Source: Pelagomonas calceolata
Lineage: Eukaryota
Length of the DNA stretch: 64,000 nt
NCBI GenBank assembly: GCA_918797485.1
Contig: CAKKNE010000002.1
Span: 1,674,001 to 1,738,000 of the forward strand
Direction: 5' to 3'
Part shown: positions 21,661-32,931 of the stretch, piece after piece
How positions within the stretch are numbered: position 1 is the stretch's first letter
Layout of the letters: the number at the start of each line of letters is the position of its first letter
The notes under the pieces: model-generated
Seen by the model: only the letters and a program-made list of their open reading frames with translations
What the model was told of the DNA's origin: nothing
Database searches by the model: none
Program-made: the position numbers and the translations under genes

Positions 21661-22955
21661 ATGAAGTCCGCCATCCTCGCCCTGGCCCTCAGCGCGCCGG
21701 CGTCGGCGCTCGTGCCGACGAAGACGTTCTCGACGCAGCAGCGCACGTCCGCGCGCGCCGCGGCGCCGCAGATGAGCCTGGAAAAGTACGCGGACGAGCT
21801 CGTCCAGACCGCCAATTCCATGGTCCTGCCCGGCAAGGGCCTCTTGGCCTGCGACGAGTCGACGGGCACGGTTGGCAAGCGCCTCGAGTCCATCGGCCTC
21901 GAGAACACGGAGGCGAACCGCCAGACGTGGCGCAACCTGCTCTTCACGACGCCGGTCCGCGACTCGGTGTCCCATCTTTTCGACCTTCGCGTTGCGTCGA
22001 CGGCGTCGTCGCGACGCCGCACCGTGGCCGCCAGAGAGTGGACATGTTGAACGACGCACAGGGCATCAACCAGTACATCTCCGGCGCGATCCTCTACGAG
22101 GAGACGCTCTTCCAGGACGACCCCTCCGGCAAGCCCTTCGTGGACGTGCTCAAGGCCGCGAACATCATCCCGGGCATCAAGGTCGACATGGGCCTGAGAC
22201 CGCTCGTGGGCGCGGGCCCCGGCGAGAACTGGTGCACGGGCCTCGACGGCCTCCTGGAGCGCTGCGAGAAGTACTACGCCCAGGGCGCGCGCTTCGCCAA
22301 GTGGCGCACGGCGCTCAAGGTCGACGTCGCGAACAACTGCCCGACGGACCTCGCGATCGAGGTCGCGGCCCAGGACCTCGCGCGCTACGCGCGCATCTGC
22401 CAGGAGGCCGGCCTCGTGCCCATCGTCGAGCCCGAGATCATGATCGACGGCGTCCACGACATCCAGACGTCCGTGAAGGTCCAGGAGCAGGTCCTGACCA
22501 CCGTCTACAAGAAGATCCAGGAGAACGGCGTCATGCTCGAGGGCTCGCTCCTCAAGCCCGCCATGGTCGTGCCCGGCGTCGACGCCGCCGACAAGAGCGA
22601 CCCGACCGAGATCGCGCAGCTCACGGTCCGCACGCTCGAGCGCTGCGTGCCCGGCGCCATGCCCGGCGTGACTTTCCTCTCGGGCGGCATCTCCGAGGAG
22701 GACGCCTCCATCTACCTCAACGAGATCAACAAGGTGCCGCGCAAGACGCAGACGCGCCTCACCTTCTCGTACTCGCGCGCGCTCCAGTCGTCCTGCATCA
22801 AGACCTGGAAGGGCGAGGCGGGCAACGTCGACGCGGCGCAGAAGCAGCTCCTCGCGCGGGCCCAGGCCAACGGCGAGGCCTCCAAGGGCGAGTACGTCCC
22901 GGGCTCGCAGCCGTCCGACGAGGAGTCGCTCTTCGTGAAGAACTACGTCTACTAG
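21661..22955 (+). CDS. FBA: Class I (metal-independent) fructose-bisphosphate aldolase, probably plastid-targeted; intron 21955-22061
   Basis: [29 protein letters not shown] (Schiff-base Lys), [13 protein letters not shown]. Confidence 0.96.
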
Positions 22956-23080
22956 GCGCCGGTCTGATCGCTCTCCCCCTCGTTTATCTCCCCTGGTGTT
23001 AAAAGCGACACTGTTATATATATGTGTCCTGGGCGCGCGATCGTCGGCCTCTAGTCGTCGCGAGACTGCTCACAACCGTC

Positions 23081-23152
23081 GAGGCTGAGGCTGAGGCTAG
23101 TTACGTCGCAGGGTTCCCCGTACCCCTCCCGCTCCCCCCGGGCCCACCCGTC
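23081..23152 (-). repeat. Dispersed ~75-bp element, copy 3
   Basis: gaggctgaggctgaggctagttacgtcgcagggttccccg...gggcccacccgtc. Confidence 0.85.
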
Positions 23153-23354
23153 GATGACAGCTAGTATCAATCTACACTAGCTGGCTGACGAGTTGCTCCG
23201 CGGCAGAGAGCACGTGCCGTTCAAACTCGACGCGGTGATTGGCAATCTCGGTCTCAAAAGTGTCAAACGAATCGCTGGTAGAGTCATTTTTTCCGCAGGA
23301 TCCGTGCACAGCCTCAGCAAGCAGGATCAGCTGCAGCAGCAAGCAGCAAAGCCA

Positions 23355-24559
23355 ATGATCCTCCCGGTCGTCCTCGTCCTCACGGCGGCCGACGCATTTC
23401 TCGCGCCGCCACGCGTCCGCACAGTACCAAGCCGCGGCGCCACCGAGGCGCCTGAGCTCGACGACGCCGACCTCTCCGCGCTCTCGACGGCCGCGACGCG
23501 GATGCAGCTCGAGCGGCGCTTCTCGCGCAGCGTGACGCGACGGCGGCGCATATATTTGCCCTACGCCGACGCCGCGCGCTGGGCTCGTGGGCTGGGCTTA
23601 TCGTCACGTGAGGACTGGGAGGAGTGGGTCGGCCTCGGCGAGGGCAAAAACGCCTACGTGCCCAGCCGCCCGGCGGACTACTACGGCGGCCGCGGCGAGT
23701 GGGTGTCCTGGGCCCACTACCTCGTCGGCGGCGCCGACGCCGACGCCGCGCCGGCGCCGCCGCCGGAGGTGCTCCCTCAAAATTACTTCGCGGACCTCGA
23801 CTACGCGGGCGACGCGGTGCCGTGGGACCTGCGCGGCCGGCCGCAGCCCGCCGTCCGCAAGGCGTGGGCCGCGGGCGCTTTCCGCAATTGTCGGGAGATC
23901 CTCGACTGCGGCTGCGGCGCCGGCGACAACGCGAACTACCTCGCGAGCCGCGGCCACGCCGTCGTCGGCTTCGACCTGTCGCCGTCGGCCGTCGCCGCCG
24001 CGCGCGAGCGGGCCGCGGCGCCGCCGTTCGCCGACTCCATCGCCGACGCGGGCGGGTCCGCGCGCTTCGAGGTCGCGTCGTGCGCGGACCTCTTCGACTC
24101 GCCGGTCTACGCGCTGGCCGAGGAGATCGGCGGCTTCCCCGTGGCGCTGGACTCGGCGCTGCTGCACTGCTTCGACCTGTGTAGAATCTTTACATCATCG
24201 AGCAGATGCAGTTACGGGGACTGCATCGGATCGATGGCGTGGGGCGTCCGAAATTTGATTTTCACACAGGCCTTGACGACAAGATGCAGCGGCGCTACGT
24301 CGCGGAGCTCGCCAAGGTCGTCCGGACCGGCGGCCGGCTCTACGTCGGCTGCTTCAGCGACGCGAACCCCGACCCGTGGTCGAACCCGCGGCGCCTGTCC
24401 GAGGCGCACCTGCGGGCGCTCTTCGCGGGGCCCGCCTGGCGCGTCGAGGCCGTCGAGCCCGCGTGGTACGAGCGGCCGCGGGCCCTGAACGAGGGCCACC
24501 GGTCGGGCGCCTGGACGATGGCGTGGTGGTGTCGGATTTGTAGGTTGGGGGCTATGTAA
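23355..24559 (+). CDS. Plastid-targeted class I SAM-dependent methyltransferase with an N-terminal Trp-rich small domain; intron 24169-24269
   Basis: ADAFLAP; PWD, LDCGCGAG, GFDLSP, LDSALLHCL; N-terminal YADAARWARGLGL...GEWVSWAHYL. Confidence 0.8.
24169..24269 (+). mobile_element. Introner intron (GC-AG)
   Basis: TSD gcttcgac/gccttgac; ctgtgtagaatc...gattttcacacag. Confidence 0.85.
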
Positions 24560-25151
24560 CAATAACATACTTAACTTGAACTAAGTAAATACCAAACCTA
24601 AATGCCGCCTTCATCAGGCCCCAGCTTCATTACGAAAACTCACAAGGGCTACAACCGCGACGGCCGGCCTTTTGAGGTCGAGGACAAGAAAGAGACGGGC
24701 GAGGACGGCCTCGCGACGCTGGGCAAGGAGCTGCTGCGGGCGCAAATGAACGGCAAGAAATAGAGCCTTATCACAAAGCCGCGACGACGCGCGTCGCCCC
24801 GGCCGGCGCGGGATTCATCGGCAGGACGCGCCCGATGGAAGGAGTCGAGCTGTAGAGCACGCGTAATAACACTAACGTGACGCGTGTTTCGGACGGCTCA
24901 AGTAGGCTGCCTCGTGGGGCCCGTGCCCACAGGGTCGACGCTGGGAGTGGCCATGCGCTCTGGGTTTGATCAACCTGCGCGAGGTCGCAGTCTGCATAAA
25001 GTCCGCTTGACTTGCCGAAAAGCTGCGCAGCAGCTCGCTGGGAAGGTCGCAACAGCAATCCGCGCAAACCAGACCTCGTTTGGTGCAGTTTAGGCCCAGG
25101 ACCACCGGATTCATCTTTCGTACGCGCCAACTGCACTCTTATTGCAACACC

Positions 25152-26432
25152 ATGTCTCCTCTCCTAGAATACTTCACCAAGGGCGGCCCGATCAACAAGG
25201 AATTGTTCCTAAATACTCTTCAAGCGAACCCGGGCGCGGCGGCCGACGTCGACCCGAAGACCGGCAACACGCCGCTGCACTTCGTCTGCTGCAACGGCGC
25301 GCCCCGCGACCTCGTCGAGCCGCTGCTGACCGCAAATCCGGGTGCCGCCGCGACGGCGGACCTCGACGGCTTCCTGCCCCTCGTCGGCGCGCTCAGCTGC
25401 GGCGCGGCCGCGGACGTCGTCGACCTCTTACTGGCGGCGCACCCCGGGGCGGCCAGTTGCATGGTCCAAGGCCGCACGCCCCTCCACTACGCCGTGTCCC
25501 ACGGCTGCGACGTGCGCGTCACCAAGGCCCTCGTCCGCCTCTTCCCGGACGTGTGCGCCTGTGTGGAAATCAAATTTTACGGCGCGTTCGTCCTGAATCG
25601 CCGCGTCGACCTCGACGCCATCGACGCGAGACCTGCTCGATGGCGTGGCGATGTCGGTTCCTCACCGCTCGACGGAACCAGCGCGACCGCGTCATCGCCG
25701 ACTCGACGCCGAGAAATGACTTAGTGAAGAATAGTGCACCCGACACACTGGTTGATTCCCACACAGGCGTGCGCGACGCGCGACGCCGACGGCAACGCGC
25801 CCCTCCACTTCGCGCTAGTGCGCTGCGCGGCGCCGGAGGTCGTCGACGTGCTCGTGCGCGCCCGGCCCGGCGCCTGTGGCCAGCGGGGCTTCCTCGGCCG
25901 CCTGCCGCTCCAGCTCGCGAAGCTCTACGGCGCGGCCCCATCCACGTTAGAAGTCCTAACGGACGCCTACCCCGGCGCCGCCGACTGCGACAAGCCGGCC
26001 ATCACGCAGCGCACGACGCCGCCCCGCACCCGGCCGTCGAAGCGCAAGGGCGCGGCCGCGCGCCGGCCGTCGAAGCGCGTCGCGCGCACGGTCACGCCGC
26101 CGGACCTGCACAACGTCGTCCCGCCCTTCGACGACGACTACGACGCCCTCGGCCTCGGCGCGGGCTGCGGCTGGCTCGACGACATCTTCGACGAGGGCCA
26201 CGCGCTCCAGCCGTCGTACGAGGAGTCCCTCGAGGACCTCGGGCTCGACGAGGTCAAGGCGCGCTGCGCGGCGGCGGGCCTCGACACGACGGTGCGCAAG
26301 ACCGACGGCGAGCCGGGCAAGGGCCGCTTCAAGCGCGTGCTGGTCGCGCGGCTCCTCGCGTCCGCGGCGGCGGCGCGCACCGTGCGCGACGTGTCGCCGG
26401 ACGCGTCGCCGCGGGCCGTCGCGTGCGTGTGA
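25152..26432 (+). CDS. Ankyrin-repeat protein with possible C-terminal SAP-like domain; intron 25551-25766
   Basis: GNTPLH, GRTPLH, GNAPLH, GRLPL repeats; LDEVKARCAAAGL...KRVLVARL. Confidence 0.8.
25551..25766 (+). mobile_element. Long (216-nt) introner intron
   Basis: TSD gtgtgcgc/gcgtgcgc with full TIRs. Confidence 0.92.
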
Positions 26433-27018
26433 CGGCCCCTCCCTCCTCCTGTCTGTCCTCCCCCCCGCCCGCCGGCCCAGACGGGGCTCCGCGCCGGGCT
26501 CTAACCCTTACTCTTTCTCTAGTATACCTCAAATGCCCGTTCCCGACGGCGCGCGCCGCTCCCGTGCGCTCGCCCCATCTATGTTCTTTGTCCGGGGGCA
26601 TTGATCCCTTGTCCTACGGCGCGCGCCGGTGGCGTGCGGGCCCCGGATTTGAAGACTGCGGCGGTTCCCTACCGCGCACGCCGCTCGCGCGTGGCCCGCG
26701 TCGTCGAAAACTGGGGGACCCGATCGTCGCGGCGGTTTCTAGGGCTCTCGACGCAGCCGAGAAGAGTCACACGAGCAGTGAATAAAGGACGTACCAGAGT
26801 CCGACTTGGCCGCGCGCGTGCGGCAGCCGAGCACCTCGTACGACTATTGGTGGCAGTGGAATGTCAGCTTGACGGGCTTCCGCGCCGCAAATCCGCAAGG
26901 ATCAAGCCTAAAACTTCTCTCTCATCAACCTCGAGCAGCTTTTCCTGCGCGATTTCGCTGTCGCGCTGATAAAAGCGACAACACAAAACTCGGGCAGGAT
27001 TCGAACGAGCTGCACGCG

Positions 27019-28295
27019 ATGCACGCAACGTCAACCACCACGACGCGCCGTCGAGCGCGTCGTGGCCGCGGCGCGGCCGCGTCAACCAGCACGAGAACGT
27101 TCGCGCTTCTCGTCCACGCCGCCGCCGCGCTCGCGCCGCGCTCGCCGCCCGTCAACCGGCGAACGACGCTCAAGGGCGTCGCCGGCGCCTGCGCCGTCGC
27201 GGCGGCGCCGTCGCCGGCCGACGCCGTCGAGAAGGCGTCGAAGTCGCGGGCGGCCCAGCTCGCCGGCGTCCTCTACGACTGCCGGCGCGGCCTCGCGAGC
27301 CCCGCGACGCCCGACGCGCTGACGTCGATGATCAACACGAACGTCCTCGGCGCGGGCGCGCCCCTCACGCGCGGCGTCCTCTGCGTGAGCGAGCGCCACG
27401 ACTGCTTCGACCACCACCTCGCGCAGCTCTACACGATCAAGCAGCTCCGGAAAGCATTAAGGCAGCGCGAGGACCGGGCCCAGGTCGCCGTCGGCCTCGA
27501 GGCCTTCCAGCGCATCCACCAGACGTACCTCGACCGCTACGTGAGCGCGGACCCGAACTACGGCCTCAACGAGCTCTTCCGCGACGTGGACTGGCAGCAG
27601 ACGTGGGGCTACGACCCGCTGCACTACGCGCCGATCCTCGAGGACGCGCGGCGGACGGGCATGCGCCTCGTGGGCCTGTCGCCGCCCGACGAGCTCCTCG
27701 ACGCCGTGGCCCGCGCCGGCGGCGTCCGGAACCTCGAGAGCCCGCTCTGGCCGTTCCTGCCTGTGTGGAAATCAAAATTTACGGCGCGTTCGTCCTCCAC
27801 GCCATCGACGCGAGCACCCGACGCACTGGTTGATTTCCACACAGGTTCCTGCCCGAGGGCGGCGTCTGCAACGACAACGCGCCGGGCCGCGTCGAGCGCC
27901 TCTACGGGTCGAGCGTCGACGCCGAGCGCCTGACGGCGGTCCAGAACTTCCGCGACGAGTACATGGCCGACGCCGCCGCGCGGCACTACGACGCGAAGAA
28001 GACGCGGGACGGCTGGCTCGTGCTCCTGGCGGGCCAGCGCCACGTCGCGAACCGCGACGGGCTGCCGGACCGCGTCGCGCGGCGCGTCGCGCGCGCCGCG
28101 TCGACGCCGGCGCACGGCGACGCCGTCTTCCGCGGCGTGCACACGATCCTCCCGGAGACGACGAACTTCCCCGTCAAGCTGGCCTGCCTGCCGTCGTCGA
28201 CCTACGGCGACGTCGTCTGGCTCCAGCCGAAGAGCGCCGACTTCGACCCCTCCAAGGTGAACCGCGCGCCGCGGCCGGCGAAGAGCCGCGCGTAG
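27019..28295 (+). CDS. ChaN/PhuW-like haem-binding uptake domain protein (Tiki superfamily) with twin-Arg motif; intron 27753-27844
   Basis: VSERHD..DHHLAQL, VGLEAFQR.HQ.YLDRY, WGYD..HYAPIL, RDEYMA, LAGQRHV...GLPDRV; NRRTTLKG...ADA. The start is uncertain. Confidence 0.8.
27753..27844 (+). mobile_element. Introner intron
   Basis: Perfect TSD gttcctgc; perfect TIR ends. Confidence 0.93.
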
Positions 28296-28639
28296 TCGCC
28301 CCCTTCCCCCCTCGTAAGTGTTGCTTGTGTTTTTCTTCCCGGTGCCACGAGTGTAAGGACTTTGACACTCTAATCATATGCTTCGGCGGCGTTTTCCGGC
28401 ATCGAGGCGGCAAGGGACGCAAAACCCGGAGCTAGCGTGATCGACATACTAGCAAATTCAAAGATACGCTTCGATAGCATCAAAAGAATGACCCAAGTTC
28501 AGAACACATCCTAGTCGTTCGCCGAGACCAAATATTTCAGAGTAGCGGCCCGGGAACATACCCTCGCGCCTCCCGGAAGGCACCGCCCGCGACATTCGCG
28601 GATGAGACTTGCGGCTTGTCAAAGTAGACCAGCGATTGA

Positions 28640-29340
28640 TGCCGCCATCTACCGTCCGAATGGGACATCATATCAACTCCAGCCCAGTTTTCATACATGA
28701 TCGACGGAACCGGAGCCGACGGCCCGCGCTCGGAGGGCGGGAAAAGAATTCTACTAGACAACTCCCGAGTTTATGTTCGTTTCCTTCCGTTTGGTAGTGG
28801 TAGAGGCCATCTAGGCCGTTTGAACAACTACTCATCTATTAAAGGTTCTCCGTTAGAGCCGCGCGAATCGGCATCTCGGCGACTTCGCGTTTACATAAAG
28901 ACGAGCCACTATCCTAAACCTGCGAGTATCAGCGACGCCACCATCCAGATGGACCATAACGCCGTTGTTCTATTCACGATCGACCGACTTGCCCGTTCTC
29001 CGCGGACGACGGTGCGTAGACGGAGCACCGGAAAGGCCCCAGACCGGTGGTTTATAAAATAAATTTGAGTTTCAGGCGGTTCGGTTATGGGACGGGCCAG
29101 GTAACCGGCCTGACTGCCTACTACATTGCTCCGAGACCCCAAGATGCTCGGCGCGCCTCGGCCAACTCCCGAGCCCACGATCTCGTTAATTGGGGCATAT
29201 ATCCCGGACCTGCGACCATCAGCGCGTGTACCATCACCATGGACCATGACGCGATCGTTTGTTCCATGATCGACGGACTTACGCGAGGTCCAGATAAAGA
29301 TGTTCACGTCCCGAGCGTGGGCAGCCAAAAGTACCCTTCT
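28640..29340 (-). pseudogene. Decayed ~285-bp tandem repeat units (relic of a repeat-protein gene?)
   Basis: gatcgac-cored units at ~28697, ~28977 and ~29266 translate as SVDH../SVDRE*NNGVMVHLDG/SVDHGTNDRVMVHGDG with stops; the region is lower in GC. Confidence 0.4.
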
Positions 29341-30109
29341 TATGATGTAGATGTCATGTACTTGTAATTGACTATCGCTGGGGTAGTATGGGGTCCGACG
29401 AAACCGCTATCACGAGTCCTGGGGGCCCTCGGGTAATTGACGTTTTTGACGGGAACGGGGCGCCATCGGGCCCAAATTGCACACTTTTTTCGGGGCCAGC
29501 TCGGCTCGCGGACGCCCTCCGGGATAGGTCTGGGGTCGGGTAGTCGCCTGCACCGCATGCGCGAGAGCTTGGAGCTCTCCAGCGAGCTCTGGATCCAAAA
29601 CTTTGGGGGATTATGGTAGCTGTCCACGCACTGCCATGAACCTAGCATATGTATCTACCGATGGAAGCTGCCGCGCATGCGGTGTAGGCGCTTGCACGTG
29701 TATAGTACCGACCCTAGGCGACCCCAGGGAGACCTCAAGACCACGAATTGACAGATTTCGGCTGGCGCGGCCGCCGTGGACCATGGCGGCATCGTCGCCG
29801 CGAATAGTAAACACATGCTTTTTCGGCCCCCAGGAAGTGTCCCATTGATCTCTTTGGACCAGTAGCGAACCAAACGACTCAGGGACGGCTGCATTGAGGT
29901 CGCATCCAACACCCCCCCCTAACTGCTTGCACGCGCCATCCTCGATTTGACGCACATCCGCTGTCGTCCGAGTGCTCGCGGTGCCGCAGCGCAACTCAAA
30001 CACTGAGACGTGCTCCGACGCGCTGTACCCATCGCTGTTGCAGCGATACTCGAAAATCGCGTCGCTCAACGCTCAAACAGCATCTCTTGGCACATCCAGG
30101 ACACAAAAT

Positions 30110-31240
30110 ATGAAAGTGCAGCGCCTCGTCGTCGTCCTCTTCGCCAGCGCTGCAGCGCTCGTCCCGAGCCGCCGCGCGCCGCCGCGGCCGAACAAGCCGA
30201 CGGCGCTCTACAACGCGATCAAGGCGCCGTTCGAGAGCCCGCACGCGCAGCAGTACGTCGTCTGCGCGCGGCGCGCCATCGACGACGGCGCCTTCGACAC
30301 GGCGCGCAAGACCTACGCCTACTACCACGAGCGCCACTCGCTGCGCCACAAGCGCGACGCGGCGAAGATGGTGCTCCGCTGGGCGCTGCTCGAGCAGCGC
30401 GCGCTGAACGCGACGGGCGCGCGCGCGGTCTTCAAGCTCGGGGCGCGCGTCGTCCACGACGAGCTCCGCAACGGCGACGCCGACCTGCGGCGCGCGGCGG
30501 CGACGCTTTTTTGCAGCTGGGGCCTCGCCGAGTACCGCCACCAGCACGAACTGGGGTCCAAGAACGCGCGCGACCGCGCCACGGCGCTCCTGCGCCACGC
30601 GACGACGCTCGACGAGAGCAAGGCGCCCGTCCTGAAGTGGCGCATGTTCTCGGCCACGGAGGAAAAACCACCGACGGAGACGAAGAAGAAGAAGAAGATG
30701 GTGCCGCCGCCGCGGCGCACGCCCATCAACCAGTTGCCGGCCGAGGGCAGCGCGGACGACCCCTTCGCGCTCAACGTCTGGAAGCGGCGCATCCTCGAGC
30801 GCTTCGCGCGGTTCCACGACGACCTGCTGAGCGCCTGCGAGCGCGACGACGCGGCCGCGGTGGAGGCCGCGTGCAAGGTCCTCGAGACGCGGAACGGCAA
30901 GCGCTGCCCGGGGCGGTCCAAGGACCTCGTCGGCGCCTGGACGCTGCGCTGGGCCGCGGGCGCGCGGGCGGCGCGCGAGCCGCTCGTCGTGCGCGGGCCC
31001 GGCGGCGTCGACGCCGTGCCCGACGGGCCGGGCAGCCCCAAGGACCCGTTCCTGGACGTCGGCGCGGCCTACGAGTGCGAGGGCCTCGCCGCGGGGCTGA
31101 CGCCGCGGTCGGACCGGGCGCTCGCGCTGGACGGGGCGCGCGGCGCGCCGGCGGCCTTCGACTGCACGTACCTCGACGAGCGCGTCTGGATCGGCCGCGA
31201 CGACCGCGGCGCGGCCGTCGTCTTCGCGCGCGAGCCGTGA
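30110..31240 (+). CDS. Probably plastid-targeted protein with HAT/TPR-like helices and a C-terminal PAP/fibrillin-like domain
   Basis: Signal AAALVP; WALLEQR...ARAVF; LVGAWTLRW and TYLDERVWIGRDDRGAAVVFAR. Confidence 0.65.
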   Translation: MKVQRLVVVLFASAAALVPSRRAPPRPNKPTALYNAIKAPFESPHAQQYVVCARRAIDDGAFDTARKTYAYYHERHSLRHKRDAAKMVLRWALLEQRALNATGARAVFKLGARVVHDELRNGDADLRRAAATLFCSWGLAEYRHQHELGSKNARDRATALLRHATTLDESKAPVLKWRMFSATEEKPPTETKKKKKMVPPPRRTPINQLPAEGSADDPFALNVWKRRILERFARFHDDLLSACERDDAAAVEAACKVLETRNGKRCPGRSKDLVGAWTLRWAAGARAAREPLVVRGPGGVDAVPDGPGSPKDPFLDVGAAYECEGLAAGLTPRSDRALALDGARGAPAAFDCTYLDERVWIGRDDRGAAVVFAREP

Positions 31241-31414
31241 GTAGGGACCACATGTTTTACTCTCTAGGGAAGCGGGGACGCTCCTTGCGAGGAATATGCG
31301 GCGCGTGAGCTCCCCTTTGTGAGCATTTGTATGATCTACTGGGTGCAAGACGGTCACTTGTCGCGTCGACGGCGTCATGGAGGATGGCGAAGCTTCCACG
31401 TTACCCGTACACAA

Positions 31415-31495
31415 GCTCAGGCTCAGGCTAGTTACGTCGCGGGGTCCCCCGTACCCCTCCCGCTCCCTGGCTAGTGTCTTACATGTCGCTAGCGC
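31415..31495 (-). repeat. Dispersed element, copy 4 (truncated) plus ctagtgtcttac motif
   Basis: gctcaggctcaggctagttacgtcgcggggtcccccgtacccctcccgctccc; ctagtgtcttac also at 13461 and ~907-918 (rev). Confidence 0.8.
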
Positions 31496-31644
31496 GATTA
31501 AACTCACGACTCATGCTGGACGTCGCGGGTCCCTACCTTGCGCCTGAAATAAAACAACCCGAATCAAAGGCTCCACGCACGCGTGCGCCGATCCGCGAAG
31601 CTGTCTGACGAGCACGAGTCTGCGAGGAGAGTAGCAGCACAAGC

Positions 31645-32855
31645 ATGCGCAAGTGGGTCCTCGGCGGCTGCCTGTGCGTCGCGTCGACATCGAACAATCC
31701 CTGCGACGAGGCCGTCGCGGCGGCGAAGGTAATAGACGTCCACGCGGCGCAGAAGCACCTCGCCGTCGCGCGCGAGCACGACCTGCCCTGCGTCGCGGAC
31801 GTCGGCGCGTGGGCGCTGCGCGTGGCCCAGGCCGGCCAGCGCGCGGTCGAGCAGGGCGACGCGCGTCGGGCGCCGCCCCTCCTCGGCGCCGCCTGGGCGC
31901 TCGCGCCGATCGACGAGTCGCTCACGGCCAAGTACATTACCGCTCTCGGCTTCGCGGACGCGCCGGAGCGGACCGCCAAGGACGCCTTGCCGGACCGCGC
32001 CGCCCGCGTGCTGGACGACGCCATGGCGCGCGGGGTGTGGAGGGACCCGCTCCAGCGGCCGGGCGAATTCGACGCGGCGCTGCCGTCGCTGGGCGGCTGG
32101 CCGGAGGCGTCGCCGCCCGTGCGCGCGTGCATCGCCGACCTGGAGCGCGCGTACGCCGAAAACGGCGCCGCGTTCCGCGCCGAGGCGCTCGCGCTCCTGG
32201 AGGCGCGGGGCTACGAGGCGCACGAGGGCCTCCAGGACCCGGCGAAACCGAAATGGTCCTACGCCGACGTCGACGACTCTACGTTAGAGGTGAGCCGGCC
32301 GACGATCGACAGGGCGGTGGCGGCCTGTGTGGAAAGCAACCAGTGCGTCGGGTGCACCCGACAATTCTTCACTAAGTCATTTCTCGGCGATGATGCGGCC
32401 GTCCTGGCTTGGTCGAGCGGTGAGAAACGAGCACCACCATGCTATCGAGCAGGCATCGCGTCGATGGCGTGGAGGTCGACGCGACCACTCAGCACGAACG
32501 CGCCGTAAAATTTTGATTTCCGCAGGTGGCGGCCGTGAGGCGGACGTGCGGCCTCCAAGCCGCGGGGATCTCGCGGCTCGAGCCTGGCTCCGCCATCCGG
32601 CCGCACACGGGCCCGACGAACCGCCGCTGGACGCTGCACCTCGGCCTGGTCGTCGACGCGGCCGACGTCGAAAGGCTCACGCTGACGGTCGCGGGCACGG
32701 CGCGGGCGGGCGCCTGGGTCCAGGGGAAGGTCGTGCTCTTCGACGACTCCTACGAGCACGACGTCGTCCACGCGGGCGCGCGCGACCGCGTCGTCCTGGA
32801 CCTGTCCGTCGACCACCCGTCCTTTTTCCTCCGGGGCGGCCGCGGCGAGCTCTAG
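31645..32855 (+). CDS. Aspartyl/asparaginyl beta-hydroxylase (AspH) family protein, copy A; intron 32317-32525
   Basis: SRLEPGSAIRPHTGPTN..WTLHLGL, GKVVLFDDSYEHDV; signal peptide; C-terminal RGEL. Confidence 0.85.
32317..32525 (+). mobile_element. Introner intron, inverted relative to 25551-25766
   Basis: Perfect TSD gtggcggc; the body is a diverged reverse complement of the ankyrin-gene introner. Confidence 0.93.
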
Positions 32856-32931
32856 TAGGCGCGTAATTCTGTTGTGTGTTTGACCTCATGCGCAGCATTT
32901 TTAAGTGCGGCGCGGGGGGTGGGGGTGGGAG

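Noticed and set aside
24602..24763. 53-aa ORF MPPSSGPSFITKTHKGYNRDGRPFEV...
   Set aside because: Short, no recognisable motif; it may be a gene fragment but cannot be supported.
1015..31495. CRISPR-like or telomeric reading of the repeated element and its (AGCCTC)n tail
   Set aside because: Copies are dispersed, with no repeat-spacer array or cas genes; only 2-3 hexamers, in a eukaryotic context.
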